Shown here in pieces: positions 1 through 9,586 of a DNA stretch of 64,000 nt. Positions within the stretch are counted from its first letter, which is position 1, and every line of letters starts with the position of its first letter. Both the position numbers and the translations under genes were made by a program. The DNA comes from Candidatus Onthoplasma sp. (GTDB lineage Bacteria; Bacillota; Clostridia; Christensenellales; UBA1242): NCBI GenBank assembly GCA_045578345.1, contig JAZNKB010000003.1, positions 82,604-146,603 of the forward strand. Direction: 5' to 3'. The notes under the pieces were generated by a model, which did no database searches, had not been told where the DNA came from, and was given only the letters and a program-made list of their open reading frames with translations.

Positions 1-1748
1 ATATATTATCAAACATGAAATTGGGTGATAACAAAAAACTCGAGGGTGTTTTATATTTCGCTCTTAAAACAAATAAAATTTCATTAGAAGATATCAAATC
101 CAACTATGATGAACAAATTTTTAACACAATTTCCATTTTGGAAAAACTCGATAAAATTAATTACTCTCAACAGGATATTGAAGCTGAAAATATCAGAAAA
201 ATGTTTTTCGCAATCACTAAAGACATTAGAATTATAATGCTTAAAATTGCATCCGTTGTTGTTGATTTAAGAAACATTTTCACAAAATCAGATGAAGAAA
301 AATCCTTGCTTGCATCATCAATATTCTCATTATTTGCTCCGCTTGCTGCACGTCTTGGATTATCCACTTACAAAACAGAACTAGAAAATGGAGCATTCTT
401 ATTAAGCAATCCGGATTTATATAACGACATACAGAAACAGGTTGACAGCAGATTTAACAAGCGCCAACCTATTGTTGAAAGGCTGAAAACACTTGTTCAA
501 AACTGTATGAACGACTTGAAAATTCAAGGTAAAGTTTATGGTCGAAAAAAACATATTTATAGTATCTATAAAAAACTACAAGATCATCCTCTAGACAATA
601 TATACGACCTTGTTGCAGTGCGCGCTTTAGTTCAAACGGTTCCGGACTGCTACGCCCTTCTTGGCAGGCTTCACTCTCTTGTTGAACCTTATAAAAACAG
701 ATTTAAAGATTACATTTCAACGCCAAAGCCGAATGGATATCAATCATTACACACCACTGTTTTATTTGAAGGTTTTCCAGTTGAAATCCAAATAAGAACA
801 GAAGAAATGCATCAATATGCTGAATATGGTATTGCTGCCCACTGGTTATATAAAGAAAAGAAAACCAAACAAGACAACTTAGATATTCAACTTGCTTGGC
901 TAAGACAAATGATGGAAAATGAAAATGTTTCAATTGACGAATTGGCGTCAAGTTTGGGTCAGGATATTTACAATAACGACATTTTTGTTCAAACGCCAAA
1001 AGGTAAAGTTGTTTATCTCCCAACAGGCTCAACACCAATTGACTTTGCTTACAGCATCCATAGCGAAGTTGGAAACAAATGTGTTGGCGCAAAAGTTAAT
1101 GGCAAAATGATTCCAACTCACTCAGAACTTCATAATGGTGATGTTGTTGAGATTATCACAAATCCGAATTCTAAAGGCCCTTCTAGGGATTGGCTTAAAA
1201 TATGCAAAACAAGTGAAGCACGAAGCAAAATAAATAGTTTCTTTAAGAAAAACATGAAGGAAGAAACTATCAAACTCGGAAAGACCATGCTTGAAGCAGC
1301 AATAAAAGAACAAGGTTATTCCGTAAGCAAACTTATGCAAAACGGAATTAATGATATTTTAAGTCAATATAACTATACTGAAGAAAACGAACTGTTTGCA
1401 AATATAGGAACAAATGCAATTCCATCAAGAGCAATCGCAAACAAACTTGCAAGTTTATATCAAAAACAAATTAAAGCAACAATTGAAAGCCCTGCAAGAA
1501 ACACAACAGTAACACTCGCTGAACCTATTGAAAAACAAATAGACTTGAAAGGTTTAAATAACATTTTAATGAAATTTGCAAATTGTTGCCATCCTATGTA
1601 TGGCGATGAAATTGTAGGTTTCATATCGGCAGGGCGCGGAATTATAATTCATAGACGTGTTTGCCCAAACATTTCTTATTTTAGAGAATCTCGTTTAATT
1701 GAAGCTTTTTGGAAACCAGTTGATGAAACAAACAAAAAGAAAAAGTAG
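1..1748 (+). CDS. relA: RelA/SpoT-family (p)ppGpp synthetase/hydrolase, N-terminus outside window
   Basis: Frame is open to position 3 upstream of the ATG at 15. Synthetase motifs GYQSLHTTV and EIQIRTEEMH. TGS segment FVQTPKGKVVYLPTGSTPIDFAYSIH. Cys/His zinc-finger segment CCHPMYGDEIVGFIS..IIIHRRVCPN. The protein stops shortly after this. Confidence 0.9.
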   Translation, partial: ILSNMKLGDNKKLEGVLYFALKTNKISLEDIKSNYDEQIFNTISILEKLDKINYSQQDIEAENIRKMFFAITKDIRIIMLKIASVVVDLRNIFTKSDEEKSLLASSIFSLFAPLAARLGLSTYKTELENGAFLLSNPDLYNDIQKQVDSRFNKRQPIVERLKTLVQNCMNDLKIQGKVYGRKKHIYSIYKKLQDHPLDNIYDLVAVRALVQTVPDCYALLGRLHSLVEPYKNRFKDYISTPKPNGYQSLHTTVLFEGFPVEIQIRTEEMHQYAEYGIAAHWLYKEKKTKQDNLDIQLAWLRQMMENENVSIDELASSLGQDIYNNDIFVQTPKGKVVYLPTGSTPIDFAYSIHSEVGNKCVGAKVNGKMIPTHSELHNGDVVEIITNPNSKGPSRDWLKICKTSEARSKINSFFKKNMKEETIKLGKTMLEAAIKEQGYSVSKLMQNGINDILSQYNYTEENELFANIGTNAIPSRAIANKLASLYQKQIKATIESPARNTTVTLAEPIEKQIDLKGLNNILMKFANCCHPMYGDEIVGFISAGRGIIIHRRVCPNISYFRESRLIEAFWKPVDETNKKKK

Positions 1749-1767
1749 CGACTAAATCGCTATTTTT
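1746..1767 (+). terminator. rho-independent terminator of relA
   Basis: Hairpin TAGCGA-ctaaa-TCGCTA followed by T5; it begins at the relA stop codon. Confidence 0.6.
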
Positions 1768-1780
1768 CGTGTTCGAAAAC

Positions 1781-1809
1781 AAAAAAACTGGCAGTTTTGC
1801 CAGTTTTTT
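1781..1809. terminator. bidirectional terminator
   Basis: A-run, CTGGCA-gttt-TGCCAG, T-run, between convergent genes. Confidence 0.65.
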
Positions 1810-1819
1810 AGTGTGCTTA

Positions 1820-2050
1820 TTAAGCCCAAATTGGATGTTTCTTGATAATAATAGAAACAATGTCGATAACCCAAAGTGCAATCCAACCTAAAAGTATCCA
1901 TAAGATACCAATGATAACAAGGCCTATATTACCTTTGACTGCGCCCTTCACAACACGGAAGAATGCCCAAATGATGTCCAAACCTGGCAAAGCGAAAATA
2001 ATTTTAAGCCAAACTGGAGCATCTTCAAACCATTTAACCAAACCCTTCAT
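1820..2050 (-). CDS. small membrane protein, unknown function
   Basis: 76 aa with two hydrophobic helices. SD AAGGAGAGGTG lies just upstream of the ATG on the minus strand. Confidence 0.6.
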   Translation of the reverse strand: MKGLVKWFEDAPVWLKIIFALPGLDIIWAFFRVVKGAVKGNIGLVIIGILWILLGWIALWVIDIVSIIIKKHPIWA

Positions 2051-2201
2051 TATTCACCTCTCCTTTTATATGATATAAGTATTATATCTTTTTTATTCCG
2101 ATTAATCAAGAAAATTTAATTTGTTTTCAAAATTTTAATCGGTATTTTTGATTTATTTTTCTAGAAATTTATCTTATTTTATCATGATTTTGCATTGAAA
2201 C

Positions 2202-3005
2202 ATGCAAAAAGGAAAATATAAACATATGAAAAAAAACTTAAAAATATATTACTCGTCTGAAGATGATGAAGTTGTGAATTTTAAAAATAAATCAATTAAA
2301 ATTGATGAAAATTATAAATACATTCATACAAATATTTTCTATCGACTTTGGTCTTGGATTAGTTATAGACTGTTTGCAACAACATATGCCTTTATAAAAT
2401 TTAAATGTATTGACAGAGTAAAATTTCACAACACAAAAATTTTAAAACAACACAAAAAAGGCGGTTGTTTTATTTATTCAAATCACACAAATCAATTTTG
2501 TGACGGATTTTGTCCTGCAATTATATGTTTTCCTAAAAAACCGCATATAATAGTTGACTCATCAAATGTTTCCATTCCATTTTGGGGAAAGTTTACGTGT
2601 AGGTGGGGAGCATTGCCAATTCCAAACACTTTAGCAGCCACCAAAAATTTTAATAAAGCAATTGAACACGTTCTCAATCAAAACAATCCAATAGTAATAT
2701 ATCCAGAAGCTCATTTGTGGCCATATTATACAAAAATAAGAGATTTTCCAGCAGTTTCATTTCGTTATCCAATCAAATTTAACAAACCAGTTTTCACATT
2801 CACAACCGTTTACACAAAACAAAAAAATAAAACAAAACCAAAAATTGAGATTTTCATAGACGGCCCTTTTTATGCAAACCCCAACTTGCCTGAAAAATTG
2901 GCACAAACTGCTCTTAGAAATGTCGTTTATGAAAAACTAAAAGAGCGTGCAAGTTTAAGCAACTATGAATATGTTCAATATATTAAAAGGAGCAAACATG
3001 ATTAA
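2202..3005 (+). CDS. lysophospholipid (PlsC-like) acyltransferase family protein
   Basis: Blocks NHTNQFCDG (His..Asp block) and IVIYPEAHLWP (PEG-type block). An alternative start exists at 2226. Confidence 0.7.
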   Translation: MQKGKYKHMKKNLKIYYSSEDDEVVNFKNKSIKIDENYKYIHTNIFYRLWSWISYRLFATTYAFIKFKCIDRVKFHNTKILKQHKKGGCFIYSNHTNQFCDGFCPAIICFPKKPHIIVDSSNVSIPFWGKFTCRWGALPIPNTLAATKNFNKAIEHVLNQNNPIVIYPEAHLWPYYTKIRDFPAVSFRYPIKFNKPVFTFTTVYTKQKNKTKPKIEIFIDGPFYANPNLPEKLAQTALRNVVYEKLKERASLSNYEYVQYIKRSKHD

Positions 3006-3816
3006 CATTCTTTTTGGTGGAAACTATAAAGTTTTTGACGGAATTCTTTTATGTCTGCTCTCAATGACAAAATATTGCGAAGATGAACTCAACATCTTTA
3101 TTCTCACAGCGGATGTGAGAGAATTAAAAGAAGAATATGTTCCTATATCCGAAAATCAAATCTCAATTTTAACTCAAGTTGTTAAACAAAAAAATCCAAA
3201 AAGTAGAGTAACATTAATTAAATTAGGTAAAGATTTCAATTCATGGATAACCGCTTCTTCTAATAAACTTAATATATACACTCCTTTTGCTTTTTTAAGA
3301 TTGTTTGCTGACACTATTGAAAATCTTCCAAACAAAATAATTTATCTTGACACGGACATTATGCTAAACGGCAACATCAAAGACCTTTTCGACACTGACA
3401 TTATAAATTATGAATTAGGTGTTGTTAATGATAGATATGGTTGTATTTTCATACGTCCAAAATATTTCAATTCAGGAATGCTTCTTATGAATATGAAAAA
3501 CATTAAAGAAAGTAAACTTCTTGAAAAAGTTAGGAATTTGTGTTTTAAGAAAAAAATGGCATTCCCAGACCAAAGCGCACTTAATAAATTTTGCAAAAAA
3601 AGATTATATTTACCAAGAAAATTTAATGAACAAGGAAAACTAAAAAACGATACAATCGTTCATCACTTTTCTAAAAAAATAAAATGGTTCCCATTGTTTC
3701 ACACAATCAATATTAAACCATGGCAAATTGAAGATGTTCAAAATAAATACAAATGCTATGCTTATGACAATATTTATGAAGAATATAAAAAAATTAAATC
3801 CTTAAATTTAAAATAG
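2998..3816 (+). CDS. glycosyltransferase family 8
   Basis: SD AAAGGAG precedes ATG 2998; the upstream ATG 2965 has none. Motifs YLDTDIM (DxD), FNSGMLLMN, FPDQSALN. Confidence 0.85.
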   Translation: MINILFGGNYKVFDGILLCLLSMTKYCEDELNIFILTADVRELKEEYVPISENQISILTQVVKQKNPKSRVTLIKLGKDFNSWITASSNKLNIYTPFAFLRLFADTIENLPNKIIYLDTDIMLNGNIKDLFDTDIINYELGVVNDRYGCIFIRPKYFNSGMLLMNMKNIKESKLLEKVRNLCFKKKMAFPDQSALNKFCKKRLYLPRKFNEQGKLKNDTIVHHFSKKIKWFPLFHTINIKPWQIEDVQNKYKCYAYDNIYEEYKKIKSLNLK

Positions 3817-3846
3817 TTTGATATTTAAAATAATCATCTTAGGAAA

Positions 3847-3878
3847 CAAAAAAGAACACTATTCAGTGTTCTTTTTTA
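3847..3878. terminator. bidirectional terminator
   Basis: A-run, AGAACACT-attc-AGTGTTCT, T-run, between convergent genes. Confidence 0.7.
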
Positions 3879-3905
3879 TATCTATTAAAACAAAATGTTT
3901 GATTA

Positions 3906-5936
3906 TTAATAACTTTCATATGATAATGTAATTGTTTGTTTTTCGCTATCTGATAAAACCGACTTTAATCTAACGCTTAAATCATCAACTGAAGTTGCAA
4001 AATATGGTATATCCCCATAAATTAAATCTAAGCCTTCATCACTATTTACTATTAAATTATATGCAAAATTATACATTCTCATTGCTTCTGCTAATGTATT
4101 GTTTAGTGCCACGATATACACAACATCTGTCTCAGCATCATAAGCAACTTTATTGTAGCGGTAATAAATATCTCCTATTTCAGTTGTATATCCAATTGAA
4201 TGGATTCTTAAAGCTTTTGATTCAATTGTCATATCTTCCAATTTTAAAGTATATTTATTCCAAATATAAACGTAATCAGCATCATTTGCAGGAATAGCAG
4301 GTTTTGTGATAGACATATTTTCAACATTAAATTCAAGTTTTGCTACTTCTTCACCTTTATGCATAAATGTTGCATAATATGTGATTATTTCTTTTTTCAA
4401 ATTAACAGTTAAATCTTTTAAAGAATTCAAGTCATATTCTTCCCATGAACAATTATATCCTTCAACACTTGGAACTTCAGGTTCTGTGATTGAAATATTT
4501 AAACAGTTATAAGTTCTTATTTCAACAACAGCATCTCCATTTTTGAATGTTACAACATAATCAATTGGAGTTACCGTTGAACCAATCGAAACCGGTGTAT
4601 CATTATATGTTAAAGTGTAATCTTGCCATGAAACTGTGTAATGCTCAGGAGCAATAACTTCAGGCAATTCAAGACTTTCATCTTCAATTGTGTATTTCAC
4701 AGACAAATTTAATCCTTCATGTCCAACAAATGAACATCCTTCTGGAATAGTAAGATTTGCTGTATACTCAACTGGAGTTTCAATTGCATTAATTGTTATT
4801 GTTCCTAAATTTTCAGATGTCACTTCAGTTTCCCAATCAAGAGTGTAATGTTCGTTTGCTGTTGGCAGAGCAGGGGCTTGAGTTGAATTTACGTTTTCGA
4901 TTGTATATTTAACTTCTTTTGTTTGTAAATCTGTTCCATCAAATGTATATCCTTCTGGAAGAGCATAAGTTACAACATATTCAATTGCACTGAATTGTGG
5001 TTTAATTTCATCAGGTTCTGAAACATCATATCCAAGAGTGTAATTTTCTGGCCATGCATAGTTATAGTGCGCAGGCACAACAACTTCTGGGAATTGAATG
5101 TTTGAATCTTCAATTGTGTAATTAACAACAATTTCTTTTTCTTCACGTCCAACAAATGAACAAAAGTCAGGAATTATAAGTTTTGCAGTGTATTCAATTG
5201 GAGTTTTAATTAAATTAACAACGATTTCTGTTGAACTAAACAATGAATATTCACTCCAAGTTAAAACATAATGTTGACTATTTTCAAATTCAGGATAATT
5301 AGGTGCAATAACATTTTGACTTTCAACAGTGTAACTTTTGCTTTCAACAACTTCATTACCATTTTTAAATGTTATTGTATAATTAATTAAATTTTTAGTT
5401 CTTGTTATTTTTGCATCATCATAAATAATTGTGCTTTCAGTGATATCTTCACCATTACATTGATATGTGTAATAATATCCATTCGGTGCTGAATATTGTG
5501 AATTTAAATAATCCAACAAATTATTAGATGCTGAGAACACTTTTGTTTCCGAGAAACTTGAATCGGAACTATCTAAAATTGTTAAATTATGGTTTGCAAC
5601 TTCAAAATTTGCTTTAATTATTGTATCAGTTTTAATTGTTACAACAACAGATTCGCTTGTGCTATAAGATATATTGTTAACTGTCCAATCTATAAAATCA
5701 AAATTTGCATTTGGTTGAGCAGTTAATTTTATTTTAGATTTTTCTTCAACAGTGTAAGTTCCAGGAACAGTATAAGTCTTACTATCAATGATGAAAGAAA
5801 CATCACCACCAGTTGTTGTTACCACAACAACTTCATACTTTTCTGGTTTTTTTGTGTTTCTAACAAAAACAATAACACCAACAGCAACACCAACAGCAGT
5901 AACTATTGCTATTGCAATTAATAATAATTTTCTCAT
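3906..5936 (-). CDS. membrane-anchored surface protein with reiterated beta-rich repeat modules
   Basis: N-terminal TM anchor LLLIAIAIVTAVGVAVGVIVFV. Repeated modules, e.g. PIEYTAKLIIPDFCSFVGREEKEIVVNYTIEDSNIQFPEVVVPAHYNYAW versus PVEYTANLTIPEGCSFVGHEGLNLSVKYTIEDESLELPEVIAPEHYTVSW. They resemble Listeria-Bacteroides type repeats. Confidence 0.8.
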   Translation of the reverse strand: MRKLLLIAIAIVTAVGVAVGVIVFVRNTKKPEKYEVVVVTTTGGDVSFIIDSKTYTVPGTYTVEEKSKIKLTAQPNANFDFIDWTVNNISYSTSESVVVTIKTDTIIKANFEVANHNLTILDSSDSSFSETKVFSASNNLLDYLNSQYSAPNGYYYTYQCNGEDITESTIIYDDAKITRTKNLINYTITFKNGNEVVESKSYTVESQNVIAPNYPEFENSQHYVLTWSEYSLFSSTEIVVNLIKTPIEYTAKLIIPDFCSFVGREEKEIVVNYTIEDSNIQFPEVVVPAHYNYAWPENYTLGYDVSEPDEIKPQFSAIEYVVTYALPEGYTFDGTDLQTKEVKYTIENVNSTQAPALPTANEHYTLDWETEVTSENLGTITINAIETPVEYTANLTIPEGCSFVGHEGLNLSVKYTIEDESLELPEVIAPEHYTVSWQDYTLTYNDTPVSIGSTVTPIDYVVTFKNGDAVVEIRTYNCLNISITEPEVPSVEGYNCSWEEYDLNSLKDLTVNLKKEIITYYATFMHKGEEVAKLEFNVENMSITKPAIPANDADYVYIWNKYTLKLEDMTIESKALRIHSIGYTTEIGDIYYRYNKVAYDAETDVVYIVALNNTLAEAMRMYNFAYNLIVNSDEGLDLIYGDIPYFATSVDDLSVRLKSVLSDSEKQTITLSYESY

Positions 5937-5947
5937 GAGAAACCTCC

Positions 5948-6940
5948 TTATGATTGAAGCGAGTCTTCAGATTCATAATTAAGTTTTGCATCGACATTGT
6001 TATTTATGCAAGTCCAAGCAGATTTTGCATAAACACTTATTGTGTCAACTTTAATCACAATTTTATCAACATTTTCACCTGTTGTAAGGAATTTGTGAAC
6101 AAATTCTTGCGCTTGTTTTTTCATTTCATCTGTTTTGGTTGAAGACAAAGCTTGAGAAATATCCATAGTCATAATGAAACTTGTTCCTAAAACATCTGTT
6201 GAAACTGTTGCAGTTGCGTTGTTGAAATCATATGAAACATAGTTTTCAAATTTATAATCTTCATTTTTATAGAAATCTTCAATTTTTGCAAAATAAGTAT
6301 CAGCTTCTTCTTTTTTAGCCAAACCTTGACCAGCCAAGAACTCATAAGAACGATAGAAAACACCATTTCCAGTGTATTCAACAGCAACTTCTTCTCCGTT
6401 TTCATTTGTTATTGTTGATGTTATTTTTTCTTTTTTAGCTGTTTCACTTTTATAAGCACAAGTGTCTTCATATTCTTCAACGAAATCTGCAATTTCTTCA
6501 ATGTAAGCAAGCAGTTCTCTCATAACTTTGCTTCCTTCAAGATCTTCGCCTGTTTTTGTTAATTGCTCTGCTCTTTTTTGGTATATTTCACTTGCTTTAG
6601 TGTCAATTGATTCAACTTTTTCAACGTCACCAGTAAAAGAGAATGAACAATCATATTCATTACCTCTTGAAGTTTCAGCAGTTGCATAAACCTTAACAAC
6701 ACCTTCAGTTTCTGAAACAAATTCTGTTTCAACATTTTCAATTCCTGTAACTTTTTCTCTATGTTTTCTGTTAAGAGTTTTCAAAACAAGACCATATGAT
6801 GATTCAATTTTTTCAGTTGTTTTGCTTCTTTTTTCAAGTTTTGCGCCAACGGTCATAGAACCGACAACAACTGTTCCAAGAGCCACAGTAGTTATCAAAA
6901 TACCTGAAACAACTCTAACTATTTTACCTTTTAAACTCAT
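5948..6940 (-). CDS. membrane-anchored acidic hypothetical protein
   Basis: 330 aa with N-terminal TM anchor ILITTVALGTVVVGSMTV. An 11-nt gap to the downstream surface-protein gene suggests an operon. Confidence 0.7.
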   Translation of the reverse strand: MSLKGKIVRVVSGILITTVALGTVVVGSMTVGAKLEKRSKTTEKIESSYGLVLKTLNRKHREKVTGIENVETEFVSETEGVVKVYATAETSRGNEYDCSFSFTGDVEKVESIDTKASEIYQKRAEQLTKTGEDLEGSKVMRELLAYIEEIADFVEEYEDTCAYKSETAKKEKITSTITNENGEEVAVEYTGNGVFYRSYEFLAGQGLAKKEEADTYFAKIEDFYKNEDYKFENYVSYDFNNATATVSTDVLGTSFIMTMDISQALSSTKTDEMKKQAQEFVHKFLTTGENVDKIVIKVDTISVYAKSAWTCINNNVDAKLNYESEDSLQS

Positions 6941-7162
6941 ATAAAAACCTCCCCATAGTTTAAAACTTTGATAATCATATCATACACATCCTATTTTGTC
7001 AATACCTCATTTATATGTTTAATTTCGATCGAATTTAATTATTTATAATCTATAACTAATAAACATTTATCTAATTTGCCTTTAGATTGTACTTATTAAT
7101 TAAACTCAATAAACTTGACATTATGTTTCAACTTTTTTATAATTAACTTTAGGAGATTACAA

Positions 7163-8023
7163 ATGAAATTAAGTATTAATATTTTGAAAGAACCCGCAGA
7201 TTTTGTGTCCGTTTGCAAAAAAAAGGAAGAAGAATTAGAATTAAACGGTTTGTTTAACACAGAAGAAAATGAAAATTCAATGGACAATGCAGAACCAGTT
7301 ACATCTGATTACCCTTACATAAAAAAAGGTTTTAAAAACGCAGTTAAGCATTGGTTTTACTTAAATTGTGTGAGAATTTATTCACATCTTATCAACAAAA
7401 AGTTAACAAATCTTAAAGTTGTCAAAAACACAAATGCAAAAAAGGTTAAAGGTGCTGTTGTCACTTGTAATCACATAAGCCTTGTGGATTCTTTTGCAAT
7501 AAGAAAAGCAATCGGCGCAGACTTTTATTATGTTGCTGCTGAGTTTAACAACTTTAAAGGTCACCTTGGAACTTTGGCAAGAAATTCTGGTTATATTCCT
7601 CTTCCTGAAGGGTTGGACAAAACAAAGCTTAGAAAGTTTAACGAAGCAATCACTCATTATTTAAATAAAGGCAAAAAAGTTTTAATCTTCCCTGAACAAG
7701 CAATGTGGAGAGACTACACTAAACCAAGACCAATGAAAAATGGTGCTTTCCGTTATGCTGTGCAAAACAACGTTCCAATTCTTCCACTCTTTATCACAAT
7801 CAAGGAAAAAGATGTTAAAGTAGACGAAAACGGATTGCAAAACTTTGGGGATTACACAATTCATGTTCTTGACCCAATTTATCCAAAACCAGAACTCAAC
7901 ATGAAAGAAAATATTGAATATCTTAGAAAAGAAAACTATAGAGTATGGAAAGAGCTTTACGAAAAAACCTATGGCATTCCACTTGAATACACAACTCTTG
8001 ACAAATCCAAAATTGAAATTTAA
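7163..8023 (+). CDS. 1-acyl-sn-glycerol-3-phosphate acyltransferase family protein
   Basis: SD AGGAG lies 7 nt before ATG 7163. HX4D block VTCNHISLVDS and block VLIFPEQAMW. Confidence 0.8.
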   Translation: MKLSINILKEPADFVSVCKKKEEELELNGLFNTEENENSMDNAEPVTSDYPYIKKGFKNAVKHWFYLNCVRIYSHLINKKLTNLKVVKNTNAKKVKGAVVTCNHISLVDSFAIRKAIGADFYYVAAEFNNFKGHLGTLARNSGYIPLPEGLDKTKLRKFNEAITHYLNKGKKVLIFPEQAMWRDYTKPRPMKNGAFRYAVQNNVPILPLFITIKEKDVKVDENGLQNFGDYTIHVLDPIYPKPELNMKENIEYLRKENYRVWKELYEKTYGIPLEYTTLDKSKIEI

Positions 8024-8067
8024 AAAGGTTGTTTTTACAACATTCTAAAAATCTTCTAACTTAAGAT

Positions 8068-8098
8068 AAAAAAACGAAGGACACTCCTTCGTTTTTTT
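8068..8098. terminator. bidirectional terminator
   Basis: A-run, CGAAGGA-cac-TCCTTCG, T-run. Confidence 0.7.
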
Positions 8099-8101
8099 AT
8101 C

Positions 8102-9031
8102 TTAGTCTTGCAATTCCCATTCAAGTGCACCAACAGGCAAATTAACCATTTCAACATCTTCAAGATTATATGAAAGTGATGAACTTATACTATACTCAAC
8201 TTCACCACTAGAATTTTCTTCTTTCATAGAACAACCAATAAACTTGTTATTTTCAATAATCCACTCATCTATTTGTGTTAGACCTTCATCCACACCAATT
8301 TTGAAAGTTAAAATAGTCTTAGCTCCATCAAAGTCATACAAAACTTCATCATAAAATTCTAAATCACTTTCTTCTAATCTTGAATCCATACTGATAAAAT
8401 TAGTAATTGCATATTCCATAACGTTTTCACTTGAAATTTTTGAATTTATGTTATATCTTCTTTTTAAGTCTTCACCAGTCTCAGAATCTTCTTCATCTAA
8501 AAATCTAAACCATTTATCACCAACTTTTTCACACCAGTTTTCTTCAACCTCATCACCAAATTGCATTTTTCCATAAAACTTATTATCCTTAACATTGGCA
8601 AAAATTTCCATACTAACATTTTCATATGAATAAGTCATTGATCCATGAACATGCTCAGCATTTAATAAATTTTGATAAGCAGTATTATACATTGAAACAA
8701 TGTCAGCTGTTGAAATAACTGAATAATCAATTTCGAGTTCAAATCCGTTCCACAAAACTTTCATTTTCTTTTCACCAGTAGTTTCTGTGTTGAAGTTAGC
8801 GATCATACTTTCTGTTAATTTAATTTCATCTGCAGTTGTATCATTCTTATCTGAAAAATATAAAATTTTTGCACCTTCTAAATTAATGTCTTCATTTTGA
8901 ATGTATGTAGTATCAAAACCACTTAGTTGAATATATGGTTTATCTTCATCTTTTTTACAACCTGTCATCAACCCCATTGATGCAACACCTATCATTGTTG
9001 CAATTGCTAAATTTTTAATTCCTTTTTTCAT
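8102..9031 (-). CDS. lipoprotein, unknown function
   Basis: Signal peptide plus lipobox LMTGC; 309 aa. Confidence 0.75.
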   Translation of the reverse strand: MKKGIKNLAIATMIGVASMGLMTGCKKDEDKPYIQLSGFDTTYIQNEDINLEGAKILYFSDKNDTTADEIKLTESMIANFNTETTGEKKMKVLWNGFELEIDYSVISTADIVSMYNTAYQNLLNAEHVHGSMTYSYENVSMEIFANVKDNKFYGKMQFGDEVEENWCEKVGDKWFRFLDEEDSETGEDLKRRYNINSKISSENVMEYAITNFISMDSRLEESDLEFYDEVLYDFDGAKTILTFKIGVDEGLTQIDEWIIENNKFIGCSMKEENSSGEVEYSISSSLSYNLEDVEMVNLPVGALEWELQD

Positions 9032-9135
9032 AATTTACATTTCCTCCTCTTTTGAATTATGATACTTATATTTTACCCCTTAGCATACTAAGTGTCAAGC
9101 ATATTTAAAAAAATTCTTAGTAAACTAAGTGTAAT

Positions 9136-9345
9136 ATGAATTATTTTGCTGTAAATTTAAAAACTTTAAGGAATGAAAAAAAATTAAGTCAATCACAACT
9201 TGCTAAAGAATTAGGGGTTAGCAATGGCATGATTTCCTTTTGGGAAAACAATATTTACGAACCAACCGCAACAAACATAATAACTATTGCAAGTTTTTTT
9301 AAAGTTTCCATTGATGATTTACTTTTGACTGAAATAGCAGTATAA
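9136..9345 (+). CDS. XRE-family helix-turn-helix regulator
   Basis: 69 aa with the pattern LSQSQLAKELGVSNGMISFWENN. Confidence 0.8.
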   Translation: MNYFAVNLKTLRNEKKLSQSQLAKELGVSNGMISFWENNIYEPTATNIITIASFFKVSIDDLLLTEIAV

Positions 9346-9386
9346 ATTTCTTCGCTTTAGTTCAAAATATAGTTTGTAGTTAACAT

Positions 9387-9415
9387 AAAAAAATCCACAA
9401 TTTGTGGATTTTTTT
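9387..9415. terminator. terminator
   Basis: A-run, ATCCACA-att-TGTGGAT, T-run. Confidence 0.65.
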
Positions 9416-9419
9416 AATT

Positions 9420-9586
9420 AAATTCTGTCCGCTTTATTCTATGCGAAAAATGTTTGTGAATAATTCCGCTTTATCTTAAAATAAGAGTTGATTGTCCGAG
9501 CAATTTAGCATGATTTTTGGTCACTTTGCAACAAAGTGTGCCAAAATGAATGCATTAAGCGAGTGACAACAACTCGAACATCCTTA
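9420..9586 (-). repeat. structured 3' element of asnS, related to the argS 3' repeats
   Basis: The stop codon is embedded in TAAGGATG. TCCGCTTTAT boxes at 9428 and 9465. Long imperfect hairpin centred on TTTTGGTCACTTTG-caa-CAAAGTGTGCCAAAA. Same layout as 52519-52838. Confidence 0.5.

Noticed and set aside
703-1092. Many 60-130-aa ORFs antisense to or nested in long genes. Examples: 167-367, 703-1092, 919-1110, 10498-10959, 12158-12560, 16075-16473, 29121-29450, 41446-43347, 51396-52024, 53144-54001, 57343-57602.
   Set aside because: They are shadow ORFs typical of AT-rich DNA. Each lies inside a longer ORF with clear family motifs, none has an SD, and their compositions are Leu/Phe/Lys/Ile-skewed.
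2965-2997. Longer upstream starts offered by the ORF track: 2965, 7115, 17325, 18097, 28836, 34312, 36140, 50739, 50817, 54533, 56834, 58306.
   Set aside because: In most cases a downstream ATG has a proper SD at 5-9 nt, and the extension is either hydrophobic or low-complexity read-through of intergenic DNA or overlaps the neighbouring gene. 54515 (argS) and 56735 have no SD. There the shorter start rests only on ATG-over-TTG preference, the leaderless promoter geometry, or the low-complexity extension.
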